A stretch of DNA of 64,000 nt, from contig CM052817.1 in assembly GCA_028534125.1 (NCBI GenBank), positions 58,406,001 to 58,470,000 of the forward strand. Reading direction: 5' to 3'. The position numbers and the translations under genes are program-made. The notes beneath the pieces were generated by a model. The model saw nothing but the letters and a program-made list of their open reading frames with translations, had not been told where the DNA came from and did not search any database. Shown here one piece after another: positions 36,123 to 47,780 of this stretch. This DNA is from Lama glama. Lineage: Eukaryota. Position 1 is the stretch's first letter. Each line of letters opens with the position of its first letter.

Positions 36123-38924
36123 TCATGATTAAAATATGATCATCCATGATAGAGATTAAAAACATGAAATACTCTTTCCCCAACTTTCTGAAACTCTTTA
36201 CTTCAATTTTTCACTAGGCCCACTACTTGAAATTCTACCGTTTATGAGTCATTGGGTTAGAAAAATCTGTTTGCCACTGTAACCATGGGAGAGGCATAGA
36301 TATCGGCCATTCACTTCTTACATGCTGGTGTGAAACTGTGGTTAGGGAAGTGAAGAGGCAGATGGAGAGGGTGAAAAGAAGTTAATTTGAAGAAAAGGAC
36401 TTTAAAATTGTTGAGTGTCAAAGCAGGAAATCCAAGAGCATTGTGTGTAAAATGAAGAAATTAAAGAAAATCTGAGAATGAAAGCGAGAGGAAAAATTGA
36501 GGAGAGCCCTCTCTCCACTACATATTAATATTCTAACTTTGGTTAAGTCAGTTTTCTTGTTCTTAGTTTCTCTGCCTTTCTCATGGGACACTGGGAAACC
36601 ATCGAGAGCATCAGCTGAAGATTCCGATTGCTTGATTCCAAATCCTATCTCAAACCCTATAAACTGTCTCATCTGCAGCAAGTTACTTAACACTATGAAT
36701 GTGAATTTATTAATCTGTAAAATGGTGACAGTAAGTAGTACCTAATTCAAAAGGATATCTAAATTTGGTTTAAAATGCTATGATGTTATACAAATACAGC
36801 TTTTTTTCCAAACTAGTCCTGCTTTTTACATTGTTAGATACAAATAGGTAGTTTTATGTTACCCTCATACCACAATTCCTTTCCCTGGAAATGGGCTATT
36901 ATATATTCAACAATAATATTATTTATCTAATATGCATATTCTGAAACTTGTTATTTAAGTTTTTCACCTGATACCATTTATTTAAAGGAAATTTGGAAAG
37001 CAGATTTTTTTCAGTTCATTTTTTTCTTTGTATAATTTTGTGAGGTTGCAAAATCTATAAATAATAATGAGACAGTGCTTCATTAGTGATATTGTCCTAC
37101 AACTTGGTGTCTCACTATATTTTGCAACTATTTGCTTAAAACATTGATTAATCCTGAAAGAACTGTCCAGAGAGACACCTAAGATTCAAAAGCACAAAAT
37201 TTCAGAAAGCCTTTTGATGGGAGTTCGAGTTATCTGTTCAAATTGGAAAAAAAAAGAAATAGTCATCAAAGTGACCAAGGGTTATATAGCTTCAGATTTC
37301 TCTTTGTTACCTAGTGACACTGTTTAAGATGGACTGTCAGATTGCATTAGGTTCACTGATACACTCTGTAGTTTAGATGAGAACGGAGCTTTCACTCAGC
37401 AGGAGCAAAGTGAGAAGTGCACTTATTCCAGTCAGGCTCAGAGATGTTATTTTTTTCCTGTCGTTGCTATGGGATAACAATTGCATCAGTAATAAGAAAG
37501 CTATCAAGCTAAGCTGCGTGCACCATAATAAAGCTGTTTTGATGCAAATAAGACTCAGTCACTTAGGGTTCTCAGTTGTGCCAAACTGTAGTAAGGAACT
37601 CTATAAATCAAATCAGGACTGAATTGCAAATGTATATGCTAGATAGAAAAGGGGGGAAGATTTCATATTTTAGTAGGCCAGTGGTTATTTGCATAACTAT
37701 AAAGATTATTAAAATATTTACTGAAAAATGTATAAATGTTGTTAATATTTTTAAAAAGCCAGTTTTCAACATCACAGGAGTCTTAAGGGAGTTTTTCTTA
37801 AAACAGTGTTGTGAGGCAGGTGAGCCTGTGTTGTCATATTTGGAATAGTGTATTTTCCTAGCATATGTAAACAAATCCCTGAAAATACCTTTAAAAAAAA
37901 AAAAACAACTTTGTGTTTGACATTGGGTTGGTCTGAAGAGGAGGAAAAGGAATTTATTAAAATTGTCTACTTTTTTAAAAGTTATACTTTTACATTATAC
38001 ATACTGACATTTACTTCATAATTCTTACTTTTAAAATTTTTATTTATGGAAACATTGGCATTGGGCCTTTTTGTTTACCTAATTGACATTTGCTGGTCGT
38101 ACCTGTCTGTCATCATAAAGAATTAGAGACTGAATAGATTTCATACTAGGAATTCAAATACAGTTGCCCACTTTTCATATTATTGTGTCATTTATTTACA
38201 TTCCCTCAGTGGTTGTTGAATAGAAATTACAATGTCTATAAATAGACCTTTTGTGGAGCTGAAAGATCAGATACCAACCTAAAACACACCGGGTTACTAT
38301 GAAAATCTTAACCATGTGTATCTAAGTCTTCTCTCATCACTGCTAGGTGCCATTTGAGAATAAGTCTTTCCTGTTTCAGAAGAGACTAAATATGTAAATG
38401 AGCACTAGAGCCTGCATTTGTAAAGCAGTCATACTGTGCTAGACTGTAGTCATAATGTTTCTAGATGGAAATTAGATTGGGAAAATTTAGCAGCCAATGC
38501 AAATAAGCATTTAAAAATCTTATGGGCAGTTGTTTTTGTGTTTTTTAATTTAGTCTGAAGAGAGTGCACAGGAAGTCACACGGTAAATAGGTGCTATCAC
38601 CTTAAGTTACCAGTCACCCCATGACAGAGTCAGTAGGAACAGTGCTACAGACCTTCACAGCACAAAATGAAATTGCTTATCAGGCGTGGAGTGAAATGTT
38701 TCTCTGTCTCACAAGAATGTCTGATATATGCTTCTTTAATTCCACCTGCAGGACCCTTCACTGCATTTTAAAGATAGTATCTCATGTAACTGAAATCATT
38801 TCCAAACTGGCCACTAGGTCACTCTTAGAATGGATGTTTTCAGTTAATAAGTCTTTCTGAAGGTGAGTGATGAATAATTGGTTACATATTGTTAGGATTA
38901 GTGTTAAACCACTATGCTGGAAAT

Positions 38925-39265
38925 TGTGAAAGGGTTTGATATTTCACCCTGAATTCAAACTAATGAGTTAGCTTGTCATAGTTTAATAGATATTGGCAAA
39001 AAATTAAGGCATCTGGTTCAGAGACAAAAGAATTTATTACTTATAGCAAAAGCAGCATCCAGAGTATCACTGCAGCGTTGTTCCCTGTGCCCAGTTCCCA
39101 CAGGCCGACATGATGAGGGCCAGGTGACATCTGTACATGTGGTGAGGGTGTATTTCCAAAGCAGAACCCTGAAATTAGTGATTTTTTTCTATAAAAGAAG
39201 TTTATAGCAAACCGGTCCATACTCTTTCCTGGAGAAAGCATTATCTTTATCAACCTGTGCAAAGT
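38925..39265 (-). mobile_element. Old LTR fragment (MER110-like)
   Basis: 'tgtgaaagggtttgatatttcaccctgaattcaaactaatgagttagcttgtcatagttt...cagagacaaaagaatttattacttatagca'. Confidence 0.55.
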
Positions 39266-39269
39266 TAGG

Positions 39270-39884
39270 GAATAATCACAAGACTGCCCTTACTTCTGAC
39301 ATCAATTATCTTCCCAGCATCACAGAACTACCTTCAGTGCTGATAATCCACTGCATGGACTCAAGAACCCACTGAAAGCTATTATACTCAAGATCATGGT
39401 TTATTACAGTGTAGGAATACAGATTAATACCAGCCAAGGGAGGATGCATATGACAGGGTTCAGGAAAGTTCCAAGAGTGGAGCTTTTCATTGTCCTCTCT
39501 CAGTGGACTTATGGACAGAACTGTCTTCCCAGCAACTCTGTATGACAGTATGGACAGAGAATTGCCAAGCCAGAGAATCACACCTAAGCTTTGGTGTCCA
39601 GAGTTTTTATTGAGGCTCTGTTATTTAAGCATGATTGTTCACACACATGGCCAGTCTGTTCCCAGCCCCTCCAGAGGGCAAGTTAATACTCTCTGACCTG
39701 GTGTTCCAGTCCCAAATCATATCTGGTGTGGCCAGCTCCTACCCAAACTCCTATTATTAGACTATCCAAGGAATGCAGACAAAGACACTTTTATCAAGCA
39801 TGACATTCCAAGAGCTTAGTGATTACCCTACAGAAACCAAGGGCAAAATTAAATTTAGGCAAAGTTAAATTCTTTACTATATAC
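39270..39884 (-). mobile_element. MER21C-like LTR
   Basis: 'cacaagactgcccttacttctgaca', 'cactgaaagctattatactca..atggtttattacagtg', 'ctttggtgtccagagtttttattgaggct', and the end 'ggcaaagttaaattctttactata'. Confidence 0.75.
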
Positions 39885-42036
39885 CCTAGAAAGTAAGCAA
39901 GTCTCACTCAGGATGAGAAGAAGGTATCTTTCCATTTCTCCAGAGTTGTGTGTTATACAAACTAGTCCTGGAGTAAATTTGCAATGAATGCCTAGATTTG
40001 TAGATTCATGGAGAATAGTCTGCCAACAGTTGGCATTACTTTGCATTTGACAAATTTTTTCTTTTCAGATTTCCATTCCTGGAATTCCCTTCTGGTGAAC
40101 TATAGCCCTTCTTTCAATATTGTATTTATTAGATCTGCAGAAAATGATCAACCTACTTCTTTAACCTCTATGATTGGTAATAGAAAAAAATCTTTCTACA
40201 TTGGGAGGGCTTCTTATATTCCATAAACATAGAGATAGAGCTTGAGCAATCTTTGGGAGGCTTTCAAAGGAAAGAGAAATCACAGATTACCTGGAGGTGA
40301 TAACAATGGGTCTCTTCATGAGATGGCATTATTGGGATTTGTTTCTACTTTTTCCCTAAAACAATGTGATTCCTCAGTGAATATAGAATTGACAAAACCT
40401 ACCCATGATTTAGAATTTAAGGAGTGATTTTCATGTGCTCCTGAACATGCTGTTCTATTTTTGACAGTGACACATGTACCCAGGAGAGGACAGGTACTCC
40501 TCCTTGCCTTCAGATGTCCATGGCTATCAAACCCTATCCCTCATTCCTATTAATACACTTACATCGTTACCAATGACTTTTGGTCCACAAACTTCATTTT
40601 TCCTTTAAGTACTCCCATTGATCCAAAAGGGTAAATCATCTGATGCTCCTTTTTACATATTTGTCTCAAGCATGAATACCTTTCCTTGATATGCCATAGT
40701 AAAGGTTGAAACATTTTAAAGTATTTTTCTAAACATAATGACAGCTTTTCCAAACTAGTTTCACTAATACATGACTCCCTTAAAAATATAAGTTCACTGT
40801 CAAATACATTTGGAAAGTGCTGTGAACAGTATTTTCCTCCAGGGAAATTCAAAATACACATTATGCATAAAAGGCTATAACAAAATCCTGCAGCAAAATC
40901 TAGATGGGAGAATAATAGGTAAATAAATACGGAGTACAGCATGCAAATACATGTTTTCCTATAAGATACAGTTTGCCCCCGATGACATCAGATTCGAGTT
41001 TCAGGGGCTGCCTTTCATGGGAAAGCCTTAATGCTCAGAGGCATTGGCTAAACTAGTATGACTCCATAAGATCCAGACCCAAGAAAGTGAAGCTCACAGA
41101 AAGATGTTATTTCCTCTCTGGTTTACTTGATTCTTTGCTTCTAACTTCTTGTTCTTCCTTATGGATACTAATATAAATGGGCCTATTAGGGAAGAGTAAG
41201 TTCATGCACAGTCTGTGGCTTTGCTCTGACTCCAGTAGGATGCCAAATTCAACGTAACACAATGCCTCCTTAATTCTTACATAAAATGCAATAACCAGAG
41301 CAGGGATAAGGTGGTGGAGACATTTATTAACTGATTATAATTATTTGTTATTTAATTCGTTTTTCTTAGTTATAGCTAAGAAATGTATAACCCAGTGATC
41401 AGGGGATTTTTCTGCCCTGAATAGTGACTGGATCAATTGTTTGTTTTCTCGATGTGCCTTAGTATTCTACTGTTGTATGTATAAAGCATAGTATACATAT
41501 ATACATACTTCCTATAAAAGGTTTTTTTTCGGTGAAAACAATGTTTTTCAAACTTTTATTCTCTTTGAGAGCTTTGTGTCCCCCAGCTACAAAAGTCCTC
41601 CACTTGAGGGACCTGAAATTCCTGAGAAGACTTAGAGGTTGTATTTAAAAATATACTATGTTAAGTCAATTTATAGTGATTCTTGTTCAGGTTTATCTTG
41701 TTTGTAATTCATTTTTGAGGCTATGTTTTACTTTTCATTAGCTGTAGCACACTGGATTTGATTTTCAAGTCTATCTAAAGCCTAATTTATAAACCCAGTG
41801 TTTCATATGTGTATATTGCCTACTTAAGGCTGTCAGAATTTAATTGAGCATGAGCTTTAATGGATTTTCAGGAAGAATTATTAAAACGTTTGATCTACAT
41901 TTCAAACTTGAAAGGTCAGAAAAATAAAACATACGTTTGGAGATAAATTCATATGAGATAAGTTTTGGAGAAATTAATTTCATGGTATTTATGGCTTATT
42001 CGGTGACATTTTGACTATTCCTATTGTTAAGCAATG

Positions 42037-42048
42037 CCAGTAGAGGGC
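42037..42048 (+). promoter_or_regulatory. Candidate CTCF core motif (CCAGTAGAGGGC)
   Basis: Exact match to the CCASYAGRKGGC core in apparently unique sequence. Motif evidence only. Confidence 0.35.
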
Positions 42049-43899
42049 TACAGTGTGATATCATTTTATTACACAACATGCAAGGCAGTTGTATATTTTT
42101 AAACTTTATTTGATTGCTTTATCTTGAAAGTGTTCCTATTACAGTTATTTAATTCTATGTTTCAGAATAAAATGCCATTTTCTTCACAATTTCTGTCCAG
42201 GAAAACTGCATTGTTATTTGCCATTGCCAAAGAGAAAGGTGTTGCATGAACATGCTCATACCTCTTCACTTTTATCTTTATATTGACATTTTATTTTTGG
42301 TCTCGTGGTCTAATTTCTCCTACCTGCACTGTCTTATGTATGAAGTAAACTCAAGCACATATCATTCGTGAAAAATAGGAAAAAATGGAAACATACTTTA
42401 TGTCTTACGTGTTCAAAAAACTTTAGAACTTTAGAATTCTGGATTAGAGAAAGCATTCAGAAAATAAGGACATTCAAAGGAAAATATTCCAGTTCTTCCT
42501 CCAAGATATGTCTGCTGAATATTATCAGATATGCTTTCACTGATCTTAATTTAGAAAATGATTTCACATTAAAGATGACTTGCTAGACATAAGACAATTT
42601 GATTCTAAATTTTATGTGGCTCTGCAAATTGACTTTAATTCAGAGGAAAATTATTTTTGAAAGGTCCACTGTATGCCATTTGATTTATCTAGCAGTGGTA
42701 AAATATGCCTCCTTGGTGTTTTATTAGAAATCTATGTTTGTTAAGTTGTTCTTTGTTAAATACATCCTTGGATAAATAAGGTCATTTCCTAGAAAACTTG
42801 TAATTTGTATTTTAGCTAAAATTGAACTTTAATGAACTAAAGAACAAGGTTCATGTTAGCATTCAGTGTATATCCCCATGTCTCTGGAAATAGGGAAAAG
42901 ACAAGGGAAGTCACTGTGGGGTGCAATTTGTATTACAGGCTAGAGAGCATCTCATAATGGTCATAAAGAGAACTTTTTAAGAAGCCTAATTTTTCATTTC
43001 TCATAGGACAAACCCTGGTAGAGCACGTGACTCAAGCAGCTAAAGGAAAAGTAAGGTGGGTTGGACTCTCAGCAGTCTTACTCCCCACCGCAGGCTCAGG
43101 TACAACAGCCTCTCCCAGTCAGCCCTTTAAAGTGTCCCTTACCAGTGCACCACTCATTCCCCAACCCCAGATTTCACCTTTTAGTTCCCATCTCTCTGTT
43201 ACAGGTGATTCTATGAGATAATAACGCAGACACACAAGCCTCTCACCTGGTACAAGCACACAGAGCTGTTATTTTCACCAACAATTTCAAAGGCCAGAAA
43301 GAAAGAGGAGCTTGGCCCCTGGTAAGAGGACCTGGGACGGATGACTCTGAGAGGGGCTAGCAAACAGGAAAGCCAAATATCATGAAAGGTTCCCTGAAGT
43401 TCTGAGATTTTAGGTCCTTGGATTTTAGGGTAACAACCTAACATGACTTATACACTGTTACGATAGTGGGAACTAGGAAACTCTCCTTCGTATTGGTGTC
43501 ATGATAAACGGAATAGATTTAGAAAAAGGTTATGTGATTGACATCATTTAAAGGTATGTCCTTGTATTTTCTTCCTCAGTAAATGCTCATCCTGGGGTGT
43601 TTTCAAACTTCAATATGCAAAAAAAGGTCATCGGGGATGGAGAGTAAGCAAGAATCTTTACTATGCAGATTTCTGAGCCTTGTAGTTGAATTCTGAATCA
43701 AAATTGAATTGGTCTAATCTAGAAAACAACAATTTGTTTGCCAAATAGAAACTCTGAATCCAATTCCAGCAGCCTTTGCAACACACTTTATGAAGCATGA
43801 CCCCTGTCAACATCCATTATAAGATATATAGTATGTGTTGCACACCAATGAAAATGTGGGCATTGTTCACAGATCACACGCTGGTGTTGTCTTCACTGC

Positions 43900-44740
43900 A
43901 TTCATTCCTGTAATATTTCATTCAATAAATATGGTGGCCAATGATATAGCAAGACGTGGTAAATACTCACCAATTACCTGCATCTTAATATATCATTCTC
44001 TAAGTGTTTCCTAAATGTCTACAATACAGAGGGATATACAGTGAAACTTCTCATTCCATAAACTTTGTCAATTAAGAGAATTGTCACATACAGAAATAAT
44101 CATAATAAAACATAAGTAAGTGCCATAAAAGAAGTCAAGATACAAGGAGATCACTTTCAGCTTGGGGCAGACATGAAAATGGTGTATTTCAGAAAAGCAT
44201 TCATGATACTTTTGAAATTTGAGTTAGGCTGTGAAACATAGTTAGAACTAGATACACTGAGCTTAGGGAGAAAGCATTGGTAGATGGTGGGGAAGTGTAG
44301 GGTAAGCATGTAGAACCCCATATTGGACGTAGAACGACTTTGGATACTGCACAGGACAAGTAAGTAGCAATACAGTTGAAAAGAAAAGTGAGAGAGGGAC
44401 TTCAGCTAAAAGGCCCCTTTGTATGTTAAATGAAGATTATTATCCTCATTGAAGAGATAAGGAAATGCTGCTAAGGATTGAGGTAGGGGTGGTATTTCAG
44501 GATGATGTTTTATATGTGTGTGCAATGGATTGAAAAGGAAGAGACTGGTGTTAAGGAGACTGTTGAGACTAGTGAAAGGTAAAATTACCTGAATTTAAAT
44601 AAAGGAAAAATAATATGAGGAAGATTTGTATAAGTAGATTCAATAAGTTTGGGGAACTACTGGACATGGGGGAGAGGGAGGATGAAAAGCTGTCTCCAGA
44701 ATTTCAAAGCTAGGTCACTAAGAGGAGTGGTGACACCAAC
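43900..44740 (-). mobile_element. L2 3' portion
   Basis: Starts 'cattcattcc...cattcaataaatat'; later 'tgcaatggattgaaaaggaagagactgg' and 'ggatgaaaagctgtctccagaatttcaaagctagg'. Confidence 0.65.
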
Positions 44741-45825
44741 AAAAATAAGTTTACTGCATCATTATCCAAACTATCTTATTAGATTTCTTTGTAAGGATTT
44801 AGATTTCTCTTTTTTTTTGAGTGCTTAATTATTCTCACATTTTGGAATTTGGAAAATATGGTTTGGATACCTGGGGATGAGTAGCCAGTGAGGAATTGAG
44901 GAAAGAAAGGGGTATTTATAAGGAAGAGATATTTAATGTGTCTTCCTTTTGCCTAGTGTGTGCTAAATGCACACACACACACACACGTGTGTAATATATA
45001 TGACTATATAGCATACTCAAAGTTAAGTAATCTCTACCTTTAAAGTAGTTATTTACTGAAGGTGAGAATTTCTTAAGAGGGAAAAAATAACTTGGGAAGT
45101 TGTTTGATCCTTCATAAAATTTAATTTTTTGTTTAGTTACTAATCCTATTATTTCCTTTTTTTTTTGAGGTTCTGTAATATTCTGATTTATTTATCCAAA
45201 TACTTCCAAGAAACTTTTATGCAAATGAACTTTTCATTCATTTACATTTTTTTGAAAATTTCATCTTCCAATTCCTTTAAGCTACCACAAATTAATCTAT
45301 AAAACTCAATTATTCAGACAAAAAAAAGTTTTGTGAAAGGAACTGAAATAGAAAAGGATGACAGATTGCAGTTGACATGAAAGAGCAGTTATTCTTCAAT
45401 GTATCTATATCAAAATGAAAAGCAAGGGGGAGAGAGAGAAAACTAACATCCAAACACTTAAAAAGAAGTAAATTCACTTGGTATCTCAACATAAAGGATT
45501 TAGGGCTTGCAGGGTGGTGGCCGTTGTCGTAGTCGAAAGCCACTTCATAATGATTGCTAACATCTTTCTGGTTGCAAATAGTATCTGAATATTGTTATAT
45601 AAAACGCCTATGATGAGCTGGTTTGTCTGTAGATTTTTAAAACATATTCTTTAATATGTTTTGTACCTTTGGGGAAAGGGTTAGTTAAGTACAGAACTTC
45701 AGAAGCATTCATAGAGTACATATATATACCCTTGAGAATTAAGAAAAAGGCAACCAAGAGTAAGCTAACATTTTAGTATTGCAGAGGTTGTCTTTTCTTT
45801 TTTAAGCCAGCTGGGAATTCCTCAG

Positions 45826-46260
45826 TGTCTTAGTTTCCTAGAGCTGCTATACCAAGTTCTACAAAGTGGGTGACTTGAAACAACAGAACTTTATTCTTGC
45901 ACAGTTCTGGAGACTGCAAGTCCAAAACAAAAAAAGAGTCAGCAGAGTTGGTTCCTTCCAAGGGCTCTGAGGGAGAATCTGTTTCATGCTTCTCTTTGCT
46001 TCCGGTGATAGCTAGATTCACCATTCCAGCCTCTGCCGCTGTCTTCGCATGGCAATTTCCTTGTGTCTCTGTGCCTTCACATGGTCATCTTCTTATAAAG
46101 ACACCAGTTGTATTGGATTAGGGGCCCACTCTAATATGACCTCATCTTGACTAAGTGTATATTTGCAACAGCTGTTATTTCTCAATTAGGTCACTTTCTG
46201 ATATTCTAGGGGTTAAGACATCAACATATCCTTTGGGACAATGCAAATCAACCCATAACA
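45826..46260 (-). mobile_element. MaLR solo LTR (MLT1C-like)
   Basis: TG...CA ends; 'tagtttcctagagctgctat...aaacaacagaactttattcttgcacagttctggag', 'ggctctgagggagaatctgtttcatgc', 'tcaacccataaca'. Confidence 0.88.
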
Positions 46261-46267
46261 GTATATC

Positions 46268-46332
46268 TGTACTAGTCAGGGTTTTCCAGAGAAAGAGAAC
46301 CAATAGGAAATATAGAAAGATAGGTAGGTAGG

Positions 46333-46364
<32 letters not shown>

Positions 46365-46690
46365 TGAGGATTTGGCTTACACAATATTGGGGGCTGGCAA
46401 ATCCAAAATCTATAGTGCAGGCTGGGAGACTGAAAACTCAAGCAGGATTTCTATGTCATAGTCTTGAGACAGAATTCCTTTTTCACTGGGAAACCTCAGT
46501 TTTTGCTCTTAAGAATGGGACCCACACCAATTACCAAAAGAAATCTACTAATTGGAATTATTATTGAAGTCTACTAATTGGAATTATTAATCACATCTGC
46601 AGAATACCTTCACAGTAACATCTAGACTCTTATTGGATCAAACTGGGCACCATAGCCTAGCCAAGTTGATACATAAAATTAACCATCACA
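46268..46690 (-). mobile_element. ERVL solo LTR (MLT2D-like) with internal (GATA)n/(GACA)n and a 20-bp duplication
   Basis: 'tgtactagtcagggttttccagagaaagagaaccaatagga'...'ccatagcctagccaagttgatacataaaattaaccatcaca'; tctactaattggaattatta at 46544-46563 and 46570-46589. Confidence 0.88.
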
Positions 46691-47299
46691 CTCAGGAAAA
46701 AAGGAGATAAAAATTATGAAATAAAAAGAAGTGAGAATGTATGTACTTAAAAATCTCTTTGGGCATAAGGATTTGCTGGTTTTACATTTGGCTATTTTAA
46801 TAATGCTATTCAATTTATTGCCTAATATTTAGGTGAGGGTCTCCAAATACGAAATGTAATCTGTTATCATCATTCTGGATATTTTTACTCTTGAGTCTAT
46901 TTTATCAACACATGAAATATTTTTTTCCTGATCATCTTTGTCAGAAGTCAGACCATCTCTCTTTCCTATATTCTACCTAGAATTGTACTTCTAAGAAATG
47001 TATGTAGTCTTTCAACACATTTTACATTATTTTAATACTAATGAAGTAAAATTTATACCATAATTAAAATTCAACATATAGTAGTTATTTAATATGTAAA
47101 TACTTAAATATATATTTATTGAGTAGCCTAGAATTGTAATCACCTGCTATATATTTTTAATTCCAGAAGTGAAGTTTTAGACAAAGATGTGTGATGATAG
47201 AATGCTCCCCATTTATCTCCCCTTTGCTCTTAGTGTATAGTCCAAATCTCTTAGTGTCTGTGTTTGGTAAGAACCAGGGAGATTTTGTTCCTGTTTTCC

Positions 47300-47780
47300 A
47301 TTCAAGCGTCCTTTTTCACTTTCTATTTTGTACTCCAGCTTCACTGAACTTCTGTTTGTTCTTTGAAAATGACTTTTGTCCTTGCATCCAGGCTAAAAAC
47401 TCACTTTTGTTTTAGCCACAGTACTTTTTTTTCTATGCAGTCTCTCTCCTCCCACCTTTTACTTGGTACCTAAGCATTTTTTATTTCTCAATAAGTCTCC
47501 CGTGCATCCTTTAGACTTTACTTCCTTTGGAGAGCCTTATGAATATTCTCCAAATTTATTAGGTACCCCGACCTCTATATTCAGAGTATCTTGTACTTTA
47601 TTTTTCGTTGACCACTTTCTAATATGTAAATTGCCTATTTCCTTGCATCTCATCTTCACTGGACTCTAAGCATTATAAGAATAGAGATTATGTCTCTCCT
47701 ATTTAATCTTACATACTCAGCATCTAAACATGCTGCAGGTATATGTTAGTGGCTTAATGTTAAATGAATTAATTGATATA
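47300..47780 (+). mobile_element. L2 3' portion
   Basis: 'cactggactctaagcattataagaatagagattatgtctc...tactcagcatctaaacatgc...taaatgaattaattga'. Confidence 0.65.

Noticed and set aside
37778..37819. 42-nt exon-like segment with a strong CAG|gtgagc donor
   Set aside because: Weak polypyrimidine tract, unrecognised peptide and no independent support.
40069..40176. 108-nt open exon-like segment with a strong acceptor
   Set aside because: Weak donor (TTG|gtaata) and unrecognised peptide.
40559..40942. 127-aa minus-strand ORF with a GAT|gtaagt donor at 40563
   Set aside because: It runs through a probable decayed hAT fragment (~40745-40825), has a poor acceptor and no recognisable homology.
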